DNA of 64,000 nucleotides from Octopus sinensis (Eukaryota): the NCBI RefSeq assembly GCF_006345805.1, contig NC_042998.1:154628001-154692000 (forward strand), in the 5' to 3' direction. Numbering within the stretch: position 1 is the first letter of the stretch; the number at the start of each line of letters is the position of its first letter. The translations under genes and the position numbers were made by a program. Below the pieces are notes generated by a model, which saw only the letters and a list, made by a program, of their open reading frames with translations, was not told the origin of the DNA and made no database searches. Of this stretch, positions 12,590 to 22,866 are shown piece after piece.

Positions 12590-13205
12590 TTGATGCATAT
12601 GATTCTAAGGAAGAAGACTTAGATTCCTGCAGTATAGATGACAAGAGGGAATTTCTGTGAGATAACCTGCTTAGGGCTACAGATCAGGTATGTGGATGGA
12701 GCAAAGTTCTAGCTGAACCAGAAGTAACAAAAGGTAGAGTGATAAGGTTGGTACAGTGATAAAAGGCTAAGAGATAGGCTTGGAAAAGAAAACGTTAACT
12801 TGGTGTCAGGCATACTTGACTAAAGGTGAGGTAGAAAAGAAGAGATTTGCACATATCCTGCAATGTGAGAGGTGTGGAAGTGTTCAGGATTGTGAGACAA
12901 TGTGTAAGAGAACTGAGATGTCATTGGTGAGAAATGGAGAGTACAGGATCACCACCCAAGAAAGTAAATCAAGCTACACAAGAGTCATACCCAGACCATT
13001 ATCATTGCAAAACTACTACAAAGACAAAGGGGATTCTTTGGAGAGAAGCAACTATAGAGAGCTCAAACTACTAGATTAGGTCATCAAGGTCACAGTCATA
13101 TAACAATTGATTCATGACAGAGTAGACCTAGATGTGATGCGGTTTGGCTTTGTCCTTGAAAGCAGCTCCAAGGATGCGATCTTCCTAGTGAGGCAGCTGT
13201 AGAAG
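12590..13205 (+). mobile_element. Highly degraded RTE-clade LINE remnant
   Basis: KGDSLERSNYRELKLLD*VIKV ... MRFGFVL..SSKDAIFLVRQL. Confidence 0.75.
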
Positions 13206-13316
13206 GGGAATTTGCTTGGTGTTGGAGTATGGATATCTTATTTCATTTTATTCTCAAACTGTTTTTGTTGACACTAATTCTATTTTGTTTTAATAAATAA
13301 TTTATGAAGAACTAGC

Positions 13317-13546
13317 TTAACCCTTTTGATACCAACCTGGCTGAAACCACCTCTGGCTCTGAAGTACAAATGTCTTGTTTTCAAAGGTTCTGAATTAAAA
13401 TCTTCCACCAAACCTTAGCCACAATTTATGCTCCTAACATCAGCTTAATGATAACTATGTTATTTTACTAAATTTTTTGTTGTACTTAAATTTAATTGAA
13501 AGAAACACACAGCATCTCTATAGAAATATGGTAATGAAAGGGTTAA
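13317..13546. mobile_element. piggyBac-type MITE
   Basis: TTAA|CCCTTTTGATACCA ... TGGTAATGAAAGGG|TTAA: imperfect TIRs starting CCC with a TTAA target duplication (13317-20, 13543-46). Confidence 0.75.
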
Positions 13547-13799
13547 AAGCCACACTCCATGTGGACTTTTAAGCTGGTTCCTTTAGGGAGATAATTGGGA
13601 CCGCAGACCAAAACTAAAGAGGGAAATAATAAAGCATTTATTGGTGTCCTACCATCACAGGCTTATATCACAGAGTATCGCATTTGGAGATCACTATAAA
13701 GCAGCAGAATAAACAATATTCTTTGTTTTACTATTTGGTGTGAGTATGAAAAGATTGTTGTTATTTCCAACTCTGGAACAACCAGCATAGAGCTGACCA

Positions 13800-14115
13800 T
13801 GGGAAAAGCACTACTGCATGAGGTGAAATCCAACAATTTTCAGCGATTGTCCTTGACTCTTGTTAATTGACATTGCAAAACTAACTCTTAATGAAAATTG
13901 AAGTCTCTTGAATTTAAAGAACATGTCTGCTGTAATCAGTGGAATTCTTGATATAAACACATTTTCTTCTTTTCCTTGTCCAGTAGGATTGTTGCTTCCA
14001 AAAGATGTGGATGCATTTGCCTGACAATCAACCTTGTTCCATTGCACAGCTTTGGGAGATTCAAATTTCTCATTTGATGTCAGTTTGTGAGAAGGCATTC
14101 CAGGAGGATCCAAAG
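13800..14115 (-). mobile_element. Helitron PIF1-like helicase C-terminal fragment
   Basis: NVFISRIPLI...[28 protein letters not shown]. Confidence 0.85.
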
Positions 14116-14156
14116 AGTTAAGAAATTCAGTAGAAGATATTCATATAGAAGAGATG

Positions 14157-14195
<39 letters not shown>

Positions 14196-14204
14196 GTTTA
14201 TGTA

Positions 14205-14415
14205 CTGTGGCTTTGTGCCTGTCTTTGCCCCCCACCACTGCTTGGTAACTGGTATTGGTGTGTTTATGTTCATGCAACTTAGCGGCGTAGTAAAAGAGGT
14301 CAATAAAAAAATGGACCGGGCATAAAAAAGAAAGAACTGGTGTCGATTTGTTCAATTTAAATTCTTCAAGGCAGTGCCCCAACATGGTCATAGTCTGATG
14401 ACTGTAAAAGATAAA
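14205..14415 (+). mobile_element. SINE core and tail (5'-truncated)
   Basis: tggtgtgtttatgtt..caacttagcgg core followed by the tail ggcagtgccccaacatggtcatagtctgatgactg. The same family recurs at ~54925. Confidence 0.7.
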
Positions 14416-14784
14416 ATAACCACTAAATTCCTTTGTAAAACTTTAAGCTAAGGGAGGTAACCCTTGTTCAGCTGTCTGTAATGCTATGGCACTGAAACCT
14501 CTTGCACTCGCTTTACCTGCTAGAAATAGCAACCCAAATGCTTTGAAATCAGAATCTAATGCTGGATGTTCAAGAACCAAATAAAGAGTAGATTTTCAAT
14601 CCTGGGATCATCCTATGTCTATGTGGAGTAAATGTAGACTGAGATATATGGGTCCCAGAATGACAAACAGAATTTTGCCTTTATCAATATAGAAATATTT
14701 ACAAAAGTTCACGAATATTTGTAATATCTCATTTTAACGTTTAAAGTTATAAAATATTGATGTTAAAATTTAATTCATTTTCAG

Positions 14785-15004
14785 AATTAAAGCAAGTCTC
14801 ACTGTTGTACCCTTCAAAAATCTTGATTTTGGTGAAACATCTGCTTTGGAAAGTTTTTACAATGCTGATGTTGTGATTGTGGATATATCGACAGGAATAG
14901 TTCAAGCTCTTGGCTATCATGTTGGTGTCCGCCACAGTATGGGTATGAAACACAACATCATAATTTCTTGTGAGATAGATACTGAAGTAACACATCCATT
15001 CAAG
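14785..15004 (+). CDS. ASK1-type MAP3K (MAP3K5/MAP3K15-like), coding exon B (N-terminal regulatory region)
   Basis: ttttcag acceptor and GT donor at 15005; 220 nt, phase 2 to 0. Encodes IKASLTVVPFKNLDFGETSALESFYNADVVIVDISTGIVQALGYHVGVRHSMGMKHNII. The LDFGET..L..FYNADV and YH.GVR.S motifs are diagnostic of the ASK family. Confidence 0.93.
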
Positions 15005-15069
15005 GTATACATATTTTTGTCTTTTAAGAATAACGTTCATTTACTTTTGTAGTTTATGTTTTGATATTG

Positions 15070-15255
15070 TCATCATTGTCACCACCACCACTTTATGTCC
15101 ATTTTCCATGCTAGCATGGTTTGGATGGGTCTTCACTTCTAAGGTGGTTCTTACTTGGAGCTACTGTATACGTAAAAGGTTTGGAGACCATGTCTCATTT
15201 GTGTGCTCCATTTTGGCATGGTTTCTATGGCTAGATGCCCTACCTTATTCCAGCC
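15070..15255 (-). mobile_element. RTE-type 3' tail fragment
   Basis: ttttccatgctagcatggtttggatgg and tttggcatggtttctatggctagatgccctacc match the RTE tails at 1757-1880 and 8820-8940. Confidence 0.6.
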
Positions 15256-15993
15256 ACTGTATTTTATCATTGTTCTGGTATTAGGGAGGTTGCTTTGTCT
15301 CCTGCAAGATTGAAGAGTCATCCCTACTTTACTTTGTTCTAGATGTAACCAGGAATGTTGATACAAAAGAAAGTTATGACATCAAGAGAGTGACAGAAGA
15401 GAAAGTATGGAGGTAGAAACAGAGTGATAAAAGTAAGAGAGTTGTTGAAGTGGGAGAAATGGAAGAGAGACAATGATTATAGTTACACGTTTACTGGTAA
15501 GGGATTGAATTGAAACATGAGTGATTGGCTGAGGGAAGATAGTGTGACAAAGAACAAGACAGAGTAATGTAAGAGTAAAGAGAGTAATGAAAGTGTGAGT
15601 GATGAATGTTTACAATGAGCTAGAGATAGGAAAGTAATATTAGCAAAGGAAACTGATTGAGAGTGGTGAACATAGTTGATGTTTAAAGAGGGAGTGAGGG
15701 ATCGGTAGTACTAGAAATGGGTAATGGTGAGGGAGAGAGTGAATGGCATTCATAATGCATAACCTGGTGAGAAGTAGTACAGAAGGGTGATAGTAGGTAT
15801 TGGATACAGACAGGTACAAAATGTCATCTTTTGTTACACAGATAGTATAGTGAGCAAGAGAAAGGGTGAAAGATGTTAAAATAACAGAGAGAGGGAGGCA
15901 GTAGATGGAAACTTAGCAAGAACAAAATGAACGAGAGGCCCAAGAAGCCCAAATATAGATATATTATACATCCCAGATGCTTATATACTGCTA

Positions 15994-17830
15994 CTAGCAG
16001 AGATACCCGGCATTGCCCGGTTACATTCAATAGAAGAATTAGACTTTTCTGTTATATATATATTTATATATATGGATACACACGCACACACACACAAATA
16101 TATGTATATTAATATAAATACATGAAAGTACATGAAGTTTGTTAAAAAAAAGGGGATCATGTATATACCTCCTGGCTGTTGAGATTATAACACCTCGTTG
16201 TAAACAATGTTCCTTGTTTTTCCTTGTGGAGCATATACAAAAAGGTTTCTTTTGGTTCCTACTCTTGAGCAGCCAACATACAGTTGCCTATGCGAGAAGC
16301 AGGGCTCTTCCAAGAGAAGACCAGGTACAGAGAGGGTTTGACCCTGAGATTTGTTAATGGACATGGCAAAGCTGACACGAATGGGGAATTGCAGTCTTCT
16401 GAATGTAAATGGAATTTCTGCTCCTGATGGAGTAAGAGGAAATCTTGGAATAAAGACGTCATCACCTTTTCCACATCCAAAAAGAATGATCGCCTCGATA
16501 ACGTGTAATATCATTTTCTTTATCACCAGTTGTGTTCCATTGCAAAGTCTTGGTGGTTCCAGATTGCGGAGTAGCATTACAGGAGTTCCAACTTTAAGTG
16601 GTAATATGTGTGGAGGTAGTCAAGGAGGGCTCCAGTGAATTGAGAAATTCAGGAGGATAGTTCACAACTTCAATTATATCTGGAATTGTATCAACAGACT
16701 TGTAAGTGTGTATAGTGCCGGGAAGAGAATGCATTAGCTGTTGATTAATTTTGTTAACAGCGACGTTTTTTGGAGCTAATATTGCTCTTTCACACAGCCA
16801 ATTGTGATTTTGGTAGTTTTGTGTGAAGTTGGGAAAGACTTTGTTTTTGAGGTCATCTACAGAATTAACAACAGAGGAAAATGACCACACTTCCATTTGT
16901 CCTGCAGCATCGAGAGGCATCTTGCCTTCACCAAGTGTGAAAATGTCCTGTGCAAACTTTGTGGACATTTTGTCGCCATGTAGCTGAGCTCTCATGTTAG
17001 TGGTGAGACTAAAGATTGTAACATGATGACACAGGGTAGAGGACTTAAGGCATGCTTGAACTTCATCAGCTCTAGTGCCTTTCGGAATGACAGGAAGAGT
17101 TTGCCCGAAATCACCTGACAACAGAAGCGTTACATCTCCCATTGGAGCCTGACAGTCTCGGATGTCTTTCAGGGCTCTATCTAATGCTTCCAAAGCTCCC
17201 TTGTGAGCCATAGTGCACTCATCCCAGACAATTACATAACACATTTTAAGTACTTGTCCCTGATCTGAGCTTTTGTTGATGTTGCATGAAGGCATTTCGG
17301 ATGCTGCTAAATTGAGAGGGAGTTTAAAAGTTGAGTGTGCTGTCCTGCCACCGAGTAACAAAGTAGCTGCAATGCCAGAGGTGGCTACAGCTACTGCAAT
17401 GTCCTGATGCTGCCTAACTTCTGCAAGGAGAAGCTGTGTAATAAATGTTTTTCCTGTCCCTCCAGGAGCATCGAGGAAGAAGATTCGTCCCTCGCGTTGG
17501 CGTACACTGTTAAGAATAGTTCTGTAGGCCTGCAGCTGGTCCGGAAGTAATTTAGGCTCATTTTCAACAATGTACTTTGAAAGCATTTGAGTGTCGTAGG
17601 TTGTTTCACGAATGACAGCAGTGGGAAGGCTATTTGACCCTGACCGGAATGCTTGTGGCAGGCCATACGTCGACAATTCATTTCCACCCAGTTTAGCAAT
17701 TCTATCTTCAACGTCAATGAGTGTTTTGTAATAGATTTCATTGCTGATACCCTCCATGTCAGGATAGAGCAGTTGAGCTTGGCGCTGAAGGGGACAATGT
17801 TTTTGAGATTCCGGTTCGAATGTAAGGCAG
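15994..17830 (-). mobile_element. Helitron, 5'-truncated (helicase domain plus intact 3' end)
   Basis: [104 protein letters not shown] in two frames. 3' subterminal GC hairpin (accgggcaatgccgggt, ~16006-16022) followed by the CTAG|T terminus at 15997-15993. Confidence 0.93.
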
Positions 17831-17934
17831 GTTTGAAAGTGTTCCCAACAGTTATTAGTTGTAGTGGTAGAGTGTTTATGCCGAATATGTACGTATGCAT
17901 GTATATATATGTATGTATGCCTGTATATATGTAC

Positions 17935-18068
17935 AAAATCCACTGAGAAGGCTTTTGTTGGTCTGAAGCTACAGCAGAAGACACATGTCAAGTCACCACA
18001 CAGTGGGACTGAACCCAGGACCATGTGTTTGGAATGTAGTTTGTTACCACACAGCCACACCTGCCCCT
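17935..18068 (-). mobile_element. tRNA-derived SINE head
   Basis: Minus strand ggcaggtgtggctgtgtggtaa (A-box-like) ... gggttcagtccc (B-box-like). Homologous to ~40960-41075. Confidence 0.75.
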
Positions 18069-20615
18069 ATGTATGTGTGTGTGTGCGTATGTGTGTATGG
18101 GTAGATGTATTATGCATGTATATATGTGTATATATATGTGTACATATTACATGTACATCTATATACATACATCTACACATAAAATACAAAATACAAAGTT
18201 ATATCTTGATATCGCTAGTGATAACAATACTCAAAATATATAACAGACTGGAATTGTTAGCCCGTCTCTTGTAATTTCGATCAATTGGATCTTGTCCTCC
18301 CTCTTGTATAGAAATTCATTTTTGGACTTTCTTCTATCGAAGGCATTTTAACAAAAATGCTTCCGTAAAGACGGTGAAAATATTGTCAATTTCCCCAAAC
18401 AGGGACACAATTCAATTTTTAAACAATAACCAAAGCCCCTTCTCCGAAAAGGGGAGGGTTACGGTTTACAATTATTTAACAAATGCAACACAACAACGTT
18501 TCCCTGACAAGGAACCAACAAACCTTTTTAATTTATCCCCATTTATGTGAAACCACTTATTCAAGTTCAAGTCATTGATGCAATTCTATACGAATTGCTA
18601 ATACACGCACACACACACACACACACATAATAAGGGTGAAAAATTGAATATTAATTTGATTAATATGAATTGAAAACCAGTGGTGTAGCATATAAGACTA
18701 TAGTGGATCTTCCTCTAGCAAAAAGGATGACCACTATTAATGGCTCATCCCTGTTATATAATACTTTCACTTTAATAGTTTCACACTTGCAAAGAGAAAG
18801 TAGGAGAAAGTGTGGTGGTAATAGCAGGAGTAAACCACTTGAAATGAGAGAGGCAAATCGTAAAATATTGAGTTTTCTCGAATTTTTGCTTAATTGGGGG
18901 TCAAATTGAAAAAACTTTACATGCCATGACCCAATCAAATCTACTTCGAAAAATCATAGGTAAATTCCAATTGAAGAAATTCTATATTGTAGAATTGTAT
19001 TAAAAAGGAACATGGGAACAGGCAGAGAAAATCTGCCTTTTATCATAAGAAATTTTAATGCCCGTTCTCCCACAGTTTCACAGTTGGACAAAACTTCAAC
19101 TTGGTGTCACCATTTACTTTATAATTTCTCTCAGGTTCAGCTTCTCCAAATCAACATTTATGACTTTATCATATGTCTTCTTGGTCTCCATCTATGGATT
19201 CATCTATTTTGACTGCTTAGCATTTCTTTATCTAACTCATAACCTTGATATGTATCACACATTTACACCTACACAGGATTTTTTCTTGCATACTAATTCT
19301 TAGTTTTCTTATAGCCAGCTTTTCTTTCCACTGACTTGTGCTCCTTCATTTAGTGGAAAGAAAACATTAACATTACACAATCAGTAGAGCATGCTTATTA
19401 TTTCTTTTTAGTTTTCATATGGCCTACATCTCACTATCATGTTGCATTGTACACATCTCACTGTCATGATGCATTGTACTTTGGATACAAGTATCTTAAA
19501 ATCTGTTCTTTATGCTGAGAGAGAAACCTCTTATTAATATCTCCTTAAACTTCTTCCATCCTAGTCTTATTGTGGCTGCTAAGCTTTCAGAAAATCCATT
19601 TTCCCTGCTAGTTAGGTCACTTACCTATCAACAATTTCTAGGGAGCCTTTCAGTCATTTGAAAGAATCTATTTCACATGTTCTCTTCCTCCTGACTGTGT
19701 CAGTTGTTGTTTTGAATGCTGAAAGATGTTTGTGAAGATTCCTACTTTTCATTCTTTGAACAAGATGTCTCAATCAACTTCCGGTGCTCAAATTGCCATA
19801 TTTGCATCTATTTTTGCACTTGATCTAATATTTAAAATGTGGGAAAAATATGCTGTCCAGCTCCAAACACATGTAAAACTGCTTCATTTGTTGTTTATAA
19901 TCACTGAGTAATGAATGTGTTTTCTCAAGACAAAATGAAGCTACTGATTTCCCCCCTTAAAGACAGTATTTCTATATTTGTTTACATACATGTTAAACTA
20001 TGTAATTTTTTTCTATCCTATAGCATGTACACAAAATAGAGAAGTACTCAACTTTTTTGTAAAAATAGGCACTTTTGCCTAATTTAATATCTTTATCATA
20101 TTTTTCCTATCTTGAAATGGCTTTGAGGTCAATTCCTCCTAATCTTATAAATAAGTTAAATGATTATCATTATAAAGATGGAGCAAGCTTTACTTAGAGT
20201 GGTTGTCTGTTGTCAGCATATGACTAATTATTTGATGGATGCTTCTTGGTAGCTTGAAGAAAATTAAATCAAACAAATGTGTGTTTACACTTCCTGTGAT
20301 TTTTAGTAAATGAAAAAGATATCACTAAAGAACATTTTAATAATGTAAATTATTGTGATGCTAAAAATATTAAAACAAACAAGGACTGAACCAGTTAGTT
20401 ATACTCAAGTAGATGAATGCTTGGCTTGATAATAGTGCAAAACTTATCATGCCACCTTAAAAAATGTCACCAGACAGTGTACATTACATCCTCTGAACCT
20501 GGAAAAAAAGATGTGATAGTCATAGGTAAGTGAGCTGTGAAACAAAGAAATCTAAAGAACTTATGCAAACAGAATATACAATAAATAAACAATTGTTTAT
20601 TTTATTATATTATAG

Positions 20616-20797
20616 TTATGCTGGGGCAATTCCTACAAATACTTGCCTTATACTCTTGATAACAATGGTGCTTGTGTAGTTGCTGATCCTGCAAGAGGGC
20701 AACAAATAGATACTCAAGTTGTGAACACAGGTGATGCTGCTCCTTTACTGTGCAATGCAATACAAAGTGTCTTGCTTGAGGTAGAAAAAGATAACAA
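20616..20797 (+). CDS. ASK1-type MAP3K, coding exon C
   Basis: tatag acceptor and gtaagt donor at 20798; 182 nt, phase 0 to 2, in frame with exon B. Encodes LCWGNSYKYLPYTLDNNGACVVADP...PLLCNAIQSVLLEVEKDN, matching the ASK1 'GNYTFVPY...PLVDRFIQLL' segment. Confidence 0.85.
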
Positions 20798-20994
20798 GTA
20801 AGTGTCAATTTGTAATATTGTCATTCTTACATCTTGTAAAGCTTTCTTTTCATTTATCTTTTTGTTTTGAATATGTAATTATCCAATTTTTCTTTGATTT
20901 ATTTATATATCTTTTATTTTTATCAGCAATGTATCAGCATAGTCACATATTTAATGACTGGCACTACAACATTACAGTTAACTATTACACTGGT

Positions 20995-21330
20995 ATAGTA
21001 GATGCCTTTGGTAGAAGTAAATACAGAGGCATGAAATTGTTAGACCAGGTCATGAAAGTTATGGAGAGAGTTATGGCCCAATAATTTAGGAACAAAATTT
21101 GACAAGATGAGATACAGTTTGGTCTTGTGCCAGAAAGAAATACTATTGACACCTACTTTCTAATAAGTACAATGTAGAAATATTTTGATAAAAGAATACC
21201 ATTGTACTTGGTATTCGTTTAGGTAGCGAAAGCCTTCAACAAGGTCCAGTGCTCTGATCTGGTGGCTGCTGAGGAAGCTGGGGTAGAGGAATGACTTGTT
21301 GAATAGGTGTTGCTATGAAGGTAAGAGTTA
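20995..21330 (+). mobile_element. Degraded RTE RT fragment
   Basis: KYRGMKLLDQVMKVMERVMAQ ... IQFGLVPER. Confidence 0.75.
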
Positions 21331-22318
21331 GGTACAAGTCATTTCAGTATGAAATTAGTCCAATAAAACTTATCTACAGGAAGTCAATTGATGAAAAGTT
21401 GTTTAATGGAGAATTGTTCATTAAAAAGTTGTTTGATAAAAAGCCATACCATGGAAGGCAGAATACACTCAATCCCTAAAAACCTATACTTTATCACTAT
21501 CCAAGAATTATAAAACTACCAGTTACAAATCAACTAAATACAATGCATTAAGTATATGCTTACCAAGAAAACAGCTGGGAAAATACATTTATCAGGAGTA
21601 GAGTATGATAGTTAGTATTAACTCTACAATTCACAAACTGATTTGAGAACTTGTCCAAAATCACAGTAAGAAAAAGGGAAATTAAAACAAACATAAAAGT
21701 AGATAAAAATCTAGAAATCACAGTTTTGAGCCAAAAAATGTAGGTTCATCTAGGATTTTGGACAGCAGATGTTGAAATTGCATCATGAAACATCTACTCC
21801 GACTCCTTATAGATTTCTCAAGTTTTTTGGCAACACAGAGAGAGAGAGAGAGATGATAAGAAATGGAGCGATAATTACCAATGAGAAGTGGATCATTGGT
21901 GTTTTAAAGTCATTGTTTAATTTAATTTCGAGATTGTTTATACCTGTTTCTGTTTATTAAAATGGGGTAAATTTACATTTACTTCGTTACATTTAAGAAG
22001 CATCTTCAGAACGATTATGTGGAAAAGAAAGACAAAGAAAAGGAAAAAAAGAAAAGGGAAAGGAGAAAGGAGTTCATTAAAGCAATAATCTTACATTTTA
22101 GTGACTTGTATATTTCCATGTGTCAGTAGATTCCTTCATTCGAAAACATCAAATTAGGGTTAGGTACAAGGCCTTCGAGGATTCTCCAGATGAATATATG
22201 TTTATATAAATACATATATATATATATATATATATATGGGTGTGTGTGATTGTGTATAGAAGAATATATTAATAAAAATATATATATACAAGAAAAAAGC
22301 AACAAAAATGGATCAGTA

Positions 22319-22408
22319 TTTCGGTACAATTGTTTCGTACGAAGACCACCTTTATTAAGGCTGCAAATATTGCAGCAAATACACGTGACCCGTACTCATC
22401 AGCCGAAA
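22319..22408 (-). ncRNA. Mirror copy of the type I hammerhead ribozyme motif
   Basis: Exact reverse complement of 22674-22763 within the left arm of the foldback. Confidence 0.83.
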
Positions 22409-22673
22409 AAACATCTGAGTTCTCAAAACATCCAAGGGGGTGAGGCTACACTCATGAAACATCAGGGATAGTTCTATAAAAATCAGATTTAGATAATAAA
22501 TGGACTTCCAAAGTTCTTTAATGTTGCACAGTTTAAAGCCTGTTATTTGACTGTGCAACATTAAAGAACTTTGGAAGTCCGTTTATTATCTAAATCTGAT
22601 TTTTATAGTACTATCCCTGATGTTTCATGAGTGTAGCCTCACCCCCTTGGATGTTTTGAGAACTCAGATGTTT

Positions 22674-22763
22674 TTTCGGCTGATGAGTACGGGTCACGTG
22701 TATTTGCTGCAATATTTGCAGCCTTAATAAAGGTGGTCTTCGTACGAAACAATTGTACCGAAA
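22674..22763 (+). ncRNA. Type I hammerhead ribozyme motif (Penelope-type, palindromic stem III)
   Basis: tttcgg-CTGATGA-gtacg[49-nt loop with inner gctgcaa/ttgcagc hairpin]cgtac-GAAA-caattg-TA-ccgaaa. 6-bp stem I, intact core, 5-bp stem II, self-complementary acaattgt stem III, GUA cleavage triplet at 22755-22757. Confidence 0.85.
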
Positions 22764-22866
22764 TATTGATCCATTTTTGTTGCTTTTTTCTTGTTTATAA
22801 TCACCCCACATTATCTTATGGTTAATACCATATAGATTTCTGGTACATTTAAGTTAAGTACCTCAT

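Larger units (their letters stand above)
22284..22798. repeat. Long near-perfect inverted repeat (foldback; Penelope pLTR-like)
   Basis: Arms ~22284-22532 and 22550-22798, 17-nt spacer, only about 4 mismatches seen by eye. Confidence 0.95.

Noticed and set aside
16594-18060. 488-aa ORF as a host PIF1 gene
   Set aside because: The N-terminus runs through a SINE and microsatellite. It is intronless, frameshifted and followed by a Helitron 3' end.
17935-18068. tRNA genes suggested by A/B-box motifs (also 40960-41078 and ~12285-12330)
   Set aside because: No cloverleaf; they continue into SINE bodies.
19560-19960. Possible minus-strand exon with a gtaagt donor near 19620
   Set aside because: Stops in the frames examined and no recognisable protein similarity.
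20460-20531. Strong gtaagt donor at ~20526 upstream of MAP3K exon C
   Set aside because: No convincing acceptor or ASK-like coding sequence; looks like part of a dispersed repeat.
21975-22012. Minus-strand CTGAAGA...CGAAG hammerhead-like remnant (similar traces at ~28430-28455 and ~52470-52490)
   Set aside because: GAAA or stems are incomplete; at best decayed motifs.
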